Shown here: piece after piece, positions 48,726-59,239 of the stretch
How positions within the stretch are numbered: the first letter of the stretch is position 1
Layout: each line of letters starts with the position of its first letter
Source of the DNA: Lama guanicoe
Taxonomy: Eukaryota
Length of the DNA stretch: 64,000 nucleotides
NCBI GenBank assembly: GCA_013239625.1
Contig: MU054187.1
Location: forward strand, 5,591,757 to 5,655,756
Reading direction: 5' to 3'
The notes under the pieces: generated by a model
What the model was told of the DNA's origin: nothing
What the model saw: the letters and a program-made list of their open reading frames with translations, nothing else
Databases searched by the model: none
Position numbers and translations under genes: made by a program

Positions 48726-51103
48726 CTTGCCTCCCATGGCTTATTGCCCTCATTTCCTGAAGGAATTGGGAATTTTTTATTATAGAATGTGGGTCCACTC
48801 TTAAAATAGTGGATGAATGATTATTTTCCGATCCTCACTTGCAACCCACTACGAATCTAGAGATGAATGTACTCAGCAAATTTGTGACTACATGATTTAT
48901 GTCCCACAGAGAAGGGAAAATGGTAGAGAATCGTTGAGAAAGTTCTCTAACCTAGACTCCAAATATCTGTTGCTGTGTATAAAAAAGAAAGAAGCAGATA
49001 GATGTAATAACAATATTTTTCTGAGGTTTTGCTCTTACACGACTGAAGGTAGTCTCCAATTATGAACACAGTGAAGAAGATAAAGTTCTTTTTCAAATTA
49101 CAGGCGTTTGAATTCTGAGTCATCAACTGTGACTTTCAAAGGAAAAGTGGCAAACGTGATGATTATCTATTTCTAAAATCTGGAGTACAGATTATTTTGT
49201 GAATGTAAAATTTTTATAAAAACAAATAATAACCTCTTTATGAAATACTGAACTGGATTCAGAAACTCCTGTGATTACATATAGAATTTCAGAGGCCCTT
49301 CATGAATAAGCAAGATAACTCAAGAAGTAGAATTTGAGCCTAATACTATAAATCGAAGTCCTTTGATGACACTGCTTTCATCAAAATAAAATGTTAAATG
49401 TACAGACACTCTCCTCTGAAGTGAGCTATGGAAAGAGAGCAGTTGACCGTGCGCACAGCTTGCAGTGGTGCTGTGTTTCTCTGCATATGCTCAGAATCGC
49501 GGTCCTTCGCAGAGTCCACGTTCCCCTGTGATTTCCAGTAAGCCACCTTAGCTCAAGTTATCAGAAACAGATGATAAATGGCTAAAAATATTTCTAAATA
49601 ATGCTAAACCAGCAACAGCCCTGCTGAAAACCAGCTGACTCGTCAAGTTTGGTAAATTCTGCCGAGAAATGCTAAAATAGTCCAACTTTCAGATCTACTG
49701 TCCTGTAATGCTGCTTCATCAGAACTAAAACTTTTGTCCCACATGGAAGGACAGAGAGACAACTCCCTGTCCTGGAGACGCTCAAGGACACGTTCGTGTG
49801 GAACAGACTCAGGCCCTTTCGTGTCTTCCAGGTGCTGGAAAGGAGAGAATGGGACAGTAGGTTAACCATCTAGGCGTCAACAGTGACTTTTCGGGTTAGA
49901 ATCTTAATTTCTTTACACAGAAGTTCACGCGTATCTTCTGAAACGTTTGGCCTTCTTGCAAAAGCATGATGCCTAGAATGAGCTCATTCCAACCCTCCAT
50001 GTAACAGAGCTGGGAGAGAAGCCTGGAACAGGGCCTTTCTTTTCATTTTATTATCAGGTACAAAGAGATGGGGAGACAGAGCAGATCACAGACAGACAAC
50101 AAAAATAGACCAGAAGCGCTCAGACCAGACTCACGGCTGGACAAACAGAGAAGGCAGGACAGTAGAACTACGTCCGAATAAGCAAAGTGAAGGGATAACT
50201 CCACCGAAAACGAGGGAAGGGAAAAGGAGGGACGGCAGCTCCGCCCCCTAGTAACTTTCTCCAGATGACAAGACAGATGCCCCACGACAGGCCGGCATTT
50301 TTGCAGAACGAGGTCTCCACTTGCTGTTACTAATAGTGATACCTGCCAGAAAGCAGCACAGACTTCCACCTTATCAGACCACAAATCTGAAACTATCATA
50401 AAAAGTGCTGAGCTCATAATATTTATTCTGGGTATTTCCAACAGTAATCTCTTGTGATGGTAGACACAACTTTACAAGAAAAACTGCTTCTATAAAAAAA
50501 GTTAAACCATCTGCAAATACTTGATCTTTTCACATAAGTCTTTAGTCTTGTTTAAACCAATCTCTGGTCATTCTGAGAGCTGCACATTATTAATTTAGTT
50601 GGGGCCATGTCTAATGTTCTCTGAAAGATTTTCTTTCTGACCCTACGCAAAGGACAATACTGTCTAATAGTCTCCCGGTTTCTGATGATCACGTAATTCA
50701 TTTTTACGTATTGATTTTACTGTTTTTCTCTCTTTAAATGGTCAGACTTTCCTTTGTCCCTCAGAGTTGTTGCCAAGTTTAGCTATTTTTTCCTATTCTG
50801 CAACTAAAACGTTCAACTTGCATGAAGTAAGTGTGACATTAGGTCCTGTAAATTCCCTCCACATAAGATTAAATCTCCCTTGCAAGCAAAGTGTTCTCCT
50901 GTAAAATCGAACCTAGAAGTTCTGTCTAATGTCCAGATCACTCTTGGGATCTCCTGAGCTTGGGCAGTGCTTTTTCGTTAGATGACAAACCCAAACTCAT
51001 TCTTTTATAAAACTGAAGATCCTTAAATTAAGAAATAGCAGTTGCTCCTGATTCTGTCTTGTGTTGTACAATTAAAGACAATAAACTAAAGCCTGGAACT
51101 TTT

Positions 51104-51335
51104 TTTAACATTTTTTATTGATTTATAATCATTTTACAATGTTGTGTCAAATTCCAGTGTAGAGCACAATTTTTCAGTTAGGCATGAACATATATATATT
51201 CACTGTCACATTTTTTTCTCTGTGAGCTACCATAAGATCTTGTGTATATTTCCCTATGCTATACAGTATAATGTTGTTTATCTATTCTACAATTTTGAAA
51301 TCCCCTCTATCCTTTCCCACCCTCCACCCCCTTGG
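51104..51335 (-). mobile_element. Young L1 3' stub with 15-bp TSD
   Basis: TSD aagcctggaactttt at 51089-51103 and 51336-51350; ttttacaatgttgtgtcaaattccagtgtagagcac. Confidence 0.92.
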
Positions 51336-51599
51336 AAGCCTGGAACTTTTAACATATTAGTCAAGAAAAAGATTCTTCCGTCTAGAATGAGTTAGCAACT
51401 GGGAAACAAAATTTCACAATGATCCATTTGGTCTCTTCAAATTCAGTAGATTCTTGAAAATAAATAGAAATTTATAAAACCATCTGCTAGCATTCCTCAG
51501 GGTTCTGTAATCGGTAGCGATATCTAAGAAACTGAAGAAACAAAAGGCTTTCATGCTTGGTCTGCACGACCTGGGGGTGGCGGCACGGCAGAGTGGACG

Positions 51600-51800
51600 G
51601 TGTGGATGGACCGCGATCTCTACCCTAAAAGATAATGTCTGAATCTTGACTCTGCTATTTGTTTGCTGTGAGACCTTGGGGAAGCCACTTCATCTCACTG
51701 AGGGTCAACTTCTTCACCTATGAACTGGGGACAGTTGGTCCCACTTTTTGCGATTATTGTGAGGGAGACAGTAGGTATCTGGTAAATGTTCTTTCTCTTA
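51600..51800 (+). mobile_element. MIR SINE
   Basis: tgaatcttgactctgcta...gctgtgagaccttggg...cttcacctatgaactgggg. Confidence 0.7.
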
Positions 51801-51879
51801 CCTTCCACCAGAGCCGAATGTATTTATCGCGAACTAAAATGAATGAACACAAGGTTCATGATGGACTGTAAACTTCATC

Positions 51880-52345
51880 TGCCACACTCTGCCTCCTTCT
51901 CCCCCAGTTCCACCCCCCCTGCCAGTCTTTCCCACAGTCTTAAGCTGGGTCTTCCTCTTCCAGGAACACGTTTCTCCCAGACATCCCTAGTCATAGCACC
52001 TCTTAGAGGCCTTGGCTAAAATGTCATCATCTCACTGAGGTCCTGTCACCCACACCCCGATCCTCCCCTCCGCACACCCTGGGTCAGTGTCATCTAGCTC
52101 TGTATTGTTTTTTCCCAGACCACTTAGCACATTCTAACCCACTTCTCTTTTCTTTCTTCTTTTCTCTCTTTTATTCTTTCTCTCTTTTTTTCTCTTTTTA
52201 TTCTTTATTGTCAGAAGACAATATGCTACACCAAGTACTTTATTGTCAGAAGACAATATGCTACAGGTACTGTAAGGGCAGGAATATTGTTTATTGATGT
52301 GTCCCAGGGGCCTAGGAGAGCACATCAGAAGGGTTCAATAAGCAT
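51880..52345 (+). mobile_element. L2 3' portion
   Basis: aaatgtcatcatctcactgagg...gggcaggaatattg...gtgtcccaggggcctag...tcaataag. Confidence 0.7.
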
Positions 52346-52464
52346 TTTTCCTTCCTTTGCACTTTTAAGATTATATAAAGCTATGGAAGACAAAGTGCAA
52401 ACTAGAGATCTCACTTGAACTGTGCTATCTGTGAATATTTTCAAGGTTCTCTTAAACTTTTTGA

Positions 52465-52602
52465 AGTTTCTAGAATAAATTTAGATTCACAGGGAAGTTA
52501 CAAAGATAGTACAGAAAGTTCCCGTATACCCTTCACCCAGCTTCCCCTAATGAAAACATCTTACATAACCGTGGTACATTTGTCAAAACTAAGAAAGTAA
52601 TG
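52465..52602 (-). mobile_element. L1 (L1MC-like) 3' terminus
   Basis: tttagattcacagg...gtacagaaagttcccgtatacccttcacccagcttcccctaat...gtacatttgtcaaaactaag. Confidence 0.8.
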
Positions 52603-53479
52603 TTCAGCCCGTATTTCCTTAAACAAATGTGTCATTCTAAAGCATCAACACATCTACGAAGTTTATGGTCATGTGCGCACATCATTAACTCAGAATAAAC
52701 AGTGACAAGAACAGAATTTCCTAATTTTATTTCACTTCCTCTCTGATTTCTTTCATATTTTGTCATCTTGGAGATCATTTCTGTGTGATTAACATGTATA
52801 TTTAAGGGTTTGTGTTGGTAGAGTTGCAAAAGACTTTCCCAACAGAGAGATCTAGAAGACCCACAAAGACCTCTAATAGGAAAGTCTTCAAAACTCTTGT
52901 AATAAATGTCCTGTGATGGTCTACTAAACCACCAGCTGAAAAGAAAAGCTCCTTCATGTCGAATATAGCAGGATAAAACACACAGAGAATGTATAACATT
53001 GAAGCTTGTTTTGTCTCTAACGTGTAAATATTTACTCAGTGCCCTGGGAAATGGTTCTAGAATGCTAAGGTGTTGACAAACTGCTAAGGATTGTGCTAAA
53101 CATCCTCATTAGCTTAAGCTTAAATAAAGTAATTCACAAAGCACGCCCCTCCGTGCTTCACAGTTTGTCAGCAGGGGATCCGTGTACAAAGGCTATCACG
53201 TTCCCCAGTCTCAGCAAAACCATGCGGGAAGAGACAGATGAGCGATGGTACTTGATCTGTGACTAAATTAAGTTTGATGGGACACCTGGGACTGTTGCAA
53301 CAGCAAGACGTTTGGCATTTGCCAGACTGGGACTTCTCTTCTGTGAACCTCTAAGAACGTTACTAATCATGCTTGTTTCTGGTCTACCCTACCACTGCCC
53401 CTCTGCTTAATTTTCCATCTCATCTTGCATAACCTCTAAACTTGTTTCAGCTCAATTCATCTTATTCACTAATTCAAAA

Positions 53480-53700
53480 CACATTTGGACACCATTTGCA
53501 GAAGATATTTACAAGCGTTACTTCACTTAATTCTCATCACGGCCCTGGGCTATATTACTAGGTTCATTTAATAAATGAATAAATTGAAGCTCAAAGACCT
53601 TAAGGAACTTGCCCACATATGTAACTGCCAAGGGGAGCGGTCAGTATTTAAACCCAGACCCGTGTGACTCTGAAGTCATTATCCTTTCCTTCTATGATGT
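53480..53700 (-). mobile_element. MIR SINE
   Basis: aaattgaagctcaaag...aacttgccca...tttaaacccagacc..tgtgactctgaag. Confidence 0.7.
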
Positions 53701-56159
53701 TCGGCCACATTTCAAGAAAAATAAACATTAAAAGGAATTTCTTTGTTTTCAGATGATTTCATAAAAATCAAATATATTTGATAACTGGTGTTAATTGGAC
53801 AAGAGTATCTTATGATTGAGGTTAAGCCAAGTTAATGGATTTTTGACATCATGAACGTCTCATGATACCACAACCAGATGCAGGGGAGAGAGAAAGAAAG
53901 ACATTTGCCTTTTTCTCAGCGGAAGATGGAGACAGTGGGCTGCAGATTTGAATTGCTACCTGACAGAGAAGTTCTCTGCAGCCCACCTGAATGGGAAACC
54001 TCATGCCCACCCCCACTGGGCGGTCCCATCTCAGACTCTTTGCTCATGGGCTTCCTCTGCCCTCACATCCCCCACACCCTGGGCTTTGATTTGTGCTTCT
54101 CTGGCCTGTCAGCCCGTGTTCCTCCATGAAGGCGTCTACCATGATGCCTGCCTGCTCCATCAATGCGTGATTGAAAGACCAAGCTTCCCAAGAGGGTCGC
54201 CCTAAGAGCAGGTCCCATAAACCATAAATGATTCACATTTCATAAAGCAGTGACGGTCAAGGCGGAGTGAGGGAGGAAGTGCTGGGAGAGAAGGGAGCAC
54301 AGACTGAAGACAAAGAAGCATTTTGCTACTTTCTGTTTTCATCATAGTAACAATGTATTCTGAATTTCAAATATCACCCAAGGAGGTTATGAAATGTCTA
54401 TTTGCTTTATCAAACTGGGGCAGGGAACTTATTTCACCTCTGGGCCTCAGTTATTTTTTTGTCTGTAAAATGAATACCAGGAAGAATCATCTTACCTGTA
54501 AGGACTGAATAAGATTGTCCATGAACACACAGGACACTGTGTGTCTGGCACAGAGAAATCACTCCAAGGACACAGTTATTGTCATTGTTGTCTCTGGGCC
54601 CGTTTCCCACTTGTATGTAATGAGCATAACTTTTAATATCCTGTCCAGATATTAATTTGTAAGATTTTAAGCCTCTCAATATTCATATATTTCAAGTTAG
54701 CCCAACATTAAACATTTTAGGCCCCTAATGTTTTTTCCCGCTATAGCTTCTATATTTACATAATAATTGTACGTATATGTTTGTATGTATGGGTGTGTGG
54801 TGAGTAATGGAAAAGTCTGAGTCAACTTCAAACTTACTTTTTTGCAACATCCGAAAGGAACAATCCAAACCTTTGGAATATTAAAAATATTTTTGTTCAT
54901 TTTAAACGGATGTTGCATTAAATTTGAAAGAAAGCAATCTGAGAGAAATTTGAATGAGATGTGTTCTCAGTAATATTGATTGCCTTCCTGAGATATTCTG
55001 AAGTTCTAACTTATGATTCTTTAAAGTAAATAACATTAAATTTAACCCAAAATCCAATATGATAGGAAAAAAGTAATTTTTGATATACCATCACTTTTCT
55101 CTTGTTCCTAAAATAAGATATTTTCAGCTTATCTATTTTCAAATAGTTCCTAAATAATAGTTTGGTTTGGATGATTGAATGTAGGAATTTTACTCACACA
55201 GTACCTCCAAAGCATGACATTTTAAATCACATACTCCGTGCACTTATATCGTTTAAAACGAATTTCATATTGTTACACAATTTATCATTTGGAGATGGAA
55301 CAAGATATTTATATAAATTCCATCTATACCTCCACGACTGAAAAAAATTTAGCCAAGGCTTATTAAAACCATACACATTTGGCTGCGTAGCAGAGGGAGG
55401 AAAAGTCTTTGCATGTTTGTATTCAAGAGCGTACGCATGAAGATCAGAGCCCAGGGACACGGGGTGGCAGATGGGGCTCTGAGCTTCCTTCCATGTGACA
55501 TTTCAGAGATCTCTGAGGGCTCCCTGCTGCAGGGCAGCACCACTCTCTCCTTCTGCCTTCCTGACTGCTACCTTCTCAGTCACCTCTGCTGGCCCCTCTC
55601 CCTCCAGCTTTCCTGGAAGCCTGTCAGTGAGTCCTAAGGTCCAAACTTTAACCCTTTTCTAATTCTAAACATTCTCTGGGCCTTCTCCACCACTCTCCTG
55701 CCTTCTGCTGCCAGTTCTGCAGTGGTGGACTCCAAAATGTCATCTCTTATCTACATACCTGTCATGAGCTTCAGATCCACACAGCCAGTGACCTACCGGA
55801 CATCTCAAAATAGGTAGCCCCCAGCTGAGCCAAGCTCACCTGCCCAAAACAAGCACAGTGTCTTTCCTTCAAAGTTCCATTCTGGTCCTGTGTGCCCCAT
55901 GTTGCTAATGACACTGAATTCCTTGGAACACAGTTTCCTCATTTATAAACATTTAAAAAGCTGAATTTAGTATTGTGTGAACCTATTAATCTGTGAGGTG
56001 GGAATCCAACAATGAAGCAGCCCCGGGACACTCGGCAGATCAACGAGCTGATGAATAGAGTAGAAAGCATCTCAGAAGAAGCAAGCAAATCCATGCCAGC
56101 TGAGCTGTGCTAACATGAATGAAGCTTGGACAAGCAGAGGGTGCTTGCAGGACCCAGAG

Positions 56160-56550
56160 GCAGAGGTCAGCGACGTGCCCGCTGCAGGGGAATGGGGCGG
56201 GCGGGCTTCAGGTAGTCGAGACTTAGTGGAATAGAGGCTGCCCTTCGGGGGCATTTAGGAAAGAAATATTGATTACGTGGAGCAAGGCTCAGAAGGGCTT
56301 GGGGAACGCTCCCCGGGTGGAGTCAGGGGCTCGGGTTTAACGTCAGCGTTACAACGCGCCATGAAGGCTCAGCCCCAGGACGAGGAAGAGCGACTGGACG
56401 GACGGGAGGAGGGGAAGCCGCCGCCCGTCGGGAAGAGGGCGGCCCGCGGCAGCCGGCACCTCGGGGCGGGGCTGCGACGCGGGGCGGGCGCAGGAGACGG
56501 GGCGGCCGGTGGCGCCTCCTGCTGGGGTTTTCGAATTGTGTGACCGAGCA
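56160..56550. promoter_or_regulatory. Small CpG island with GC boxes and a CTCF-like motif
   Basis: Dense CpGs against a CpG-poor background; GGGGCGGGG at 56463, GGGGCGGG at 56481, GGGGCGG at 56499; CCAGCAGGAGGCGC on minus strand at 56512-56525. Confidence 0.7.
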
Positions 56551-57015
56551 GAAGCCACACCTGCCAGGTGCCTTGAAGGAGACGCTAGCAAAGCTGGAGG
56601 AAGGAGGAAGGAATGCAGAATGTGGCCTCCACGCCCACAGCTGGGACAGCGGAAGGATTCCTGAGCCTCGGGGGCAAACGCATGATCGGAAAGAGGCCTG
56701 TGCCTGGTGACAGAAAGGCGGCCTGGCCCCCTTGTTTGTCACCCCAGTTTGTCACCTAGTTCGCTAGGTCGCTGTATCATGGGCCATTTCGTCATGCCTT
56801 GAGAGGTGTCTGGGAGGATGGAAGCCATTTGTATAATCCTCAAATGAGGGAGAATTAATGAGAGTTCCAACCAGAAAATGAGGGGGAACTTACGTGCAGG
56901 TTTACCCACAATTTGGCATTTAATGTTTCTGTGATTCTGCACGTGACCTTAGAGACATCATGTTAAAAACTCCACATTTTAAGGTTCCAAACACATCCTT
57001 AATGTCCTTTAACTT

Positions 57016-57280
57016 TTTTCTTTGGTGTGCTTTATTTTTTAAAGTCTTTTTTATTGAAGTATATTTGATTTACAATATTGTGTTAGCTTCAAGTGTATAA
57101 CAAAGTGATTTAGATATACATACATATATATATTCTTTTTCAGATTCTTTTCCGTTACAGGTTATTACAAGATACTGAATATAGTTCCCTGCGCTATTCA
57201 CAGGTCCTTGTTGGTCGTCTGTTTTATATATAGCAGTGTATATAGGTTAATCCCAAACTAAGGATAAATTAGGAGTTAAG
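57016..57280 (-). mobile_element. Young L1 3' stub with 12-bp TSD and 5' micro-inversion
   Basis: TSD gtcctttaactt at 57004-57015 and 57281-57292; tttattgaagtata...gttattacaagatactgaatatagttccctg; inverted 18-mer at 57260-57277. Confidence 0.9.
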
Positions 57281-57566
57281 GTCCTTTAACTTCTAAAGTC
57301 AAGGGTAACAGAATTTTAGGACAAACTTAATCTGGCATCAAATTATGCCTGAATAAAGAAGAGCTAATTCTCACTAAAGGGGTGGGAGTGGAGTAGCAGC
57401 TTAACTTGTATTGTGCCTAGGTACTCAAGGGGGCATCAAAATTCACTTCATTGAAACATTTGACGTTCAGAGTTAAACACAAACACAGATTTTTCTAAAA
57501 CCGTGATTTGTCCACACATACCCAAGCAGAGAGTTCAGTGTAAAGAGAACTCATAAAATCCGTGTT

Positions 57567-57706
57567 GAGGGGAGGGTATACCTCAAGAGGCAGAACACGT
57601 GCTTAGCATATACAAGGTCCTGGGTTCAATCCCCAGTACCTACTCTAAAAAAAATTAAGTAAACCCAATTATATCCCCCCCAAAAATAAATAAGATAAAA
57701 AATAAA
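57567..57706 (+). mobile_element. tRNA-Ala-derived camelid SINE (vic-1-like)
   Basis: ggggagggtata..tcaag..gtgcttagcata..ggtcctgggttcaatccccagtacc; TSD ataaaatc(c/a)gtgtt at 57553-57566 and 57707-57720. Confidence 0.92.
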
Positions 57707-58189
57707 ATAAAATCAGTGTTTAATAACACCAGAAATTTAACTTTGTGTTGGAAATGACTTTCTATATAGCAAAGATAAAAAGATATCATTGAAAAATAAC
57801 TGATATATTTAGTATTTAGTATTATTGTCAATATTGCAGTAGTAAAACCTAGCTGTATTGATCCACACAATATCTTTTAGATGTAAAACTGTTTGCAATT
57901 TAACACGTTCAACCTCTCAATCGATACCTTATTCTATAAAGAGCACTGTGCCGGGCACAAGAACACATCAGTGAGCGAGACGAGTGCAGGCCCTGCCCTC
58001 CAGGAGCCTCACGCACCGTCACCTGTGAGAAATCTGAAGCCCAGACATCTTGAGCAGCATCAAAGGCTTTCTTCGTAAGACAGCAGGAGATCCAACACTA
58101 GAATCCAAATCTCTCGATCCTGATCCTAAGTAACATTCTGTCAAAGACACCACTGCTGTTTACCAGCTGGAAGGCAGTCAACCCCTGGC

Positions 58190-59030
58190 CATGCAGTCTG
58201 TCCTCAGGTCCTCTCCATTCTCCCTCCAAGCCCTGACACCCATTCTTCTCACATTTCCACCGCCCTCACCTAGTCCGTCTCACCGTGACAGGCGTCTACA
58301 CAACTGTATTAGCCTCTTAACTGTCTGTCATCTAAACTGCCCCCACCCACAGGTAAATTTTTTCTCTACTGCAGCCTGAGGAATCTTTCCAGAAAGCATC
58401 GTCTGATCACGTCACACGTCCATCAGTCATTCCCATGACGAAAACAACGGGCTGCCTACGCCTTGCTCAGAAGAGAGACCAGGATTTTTCCTGCGCTTGA
58501 CAGGGCCCTCTGCCTCTCCCGGGCCGCCTCACAGGATGCTCCCTCCCCCACCCACTGCCAGCCCCTCTGGCCTGCCAGCAGTTTCTCAGCTCGCTGCTCT
58601 CTCCCTCCTCAGAGATGGGGCACCTGCTTCAGTCTCTTCCAGAAGCACTTCTTCCGTTCCTCCCTTCACCTTTTTTGAACCACTTCTCCTTTGTTAAATA
58701 ATTTCTCCCCCATTACTCCTTTGCGGGGGACTTCCCTGGTCTCCTGGACAAAGTCAAACTTCACAGCACTCATCTACCACAGGTTTAATTTTATATATGT
58801 ATGTGTGATTATTAGTATCAGTGGCCTTTACAAGCCATAGGGTGCTTGAATGTGGATATAAGCCAAATAGCTAGAACATTGCCTGGCATGTGACACGATT
58901 TCAATGATTTTAATCAAATTAAAAACACTGTCTCTCTGTATCCTCACTATGATGTCCCAGGACCCAACACTTAGTACGAAATAGATAAATAGCTGTTAAG
59001 TAGATAACTAAGTTTGACGGATATTTGTTA
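58190..59030 (+). mobile_element. L2 fragments
   Basis: tctgatcacgtcac, tagctagaacattgcctggca, gatgtcccaggacccaacac. Confidence 0.55.
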
Positions 59031-59239
59031 AGTGCATGTTGTGTGACACCCTTACAGGAATGCCAAATAAGAAAAACATGTCTCCTGCCCACAAACCTTT
59101 ACAGAAATAGAAAACAACTCTATTATATTTTATGTGAAAATAAAAGCATTGTAAAAACTGTACGTGGCATGACCCTATTATCTTTTAGAGCTCCACATAT
59201 CTCTGAGGTATGCCTGTACAGATTCTATTTATTAGAGTT

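Noticed and set aside
52203..52265. 28-bp direct repeats as a CRISPR array
   Set aside because: Only two units, a 7-bp spacer, mammalian L2 context and no cas genes.
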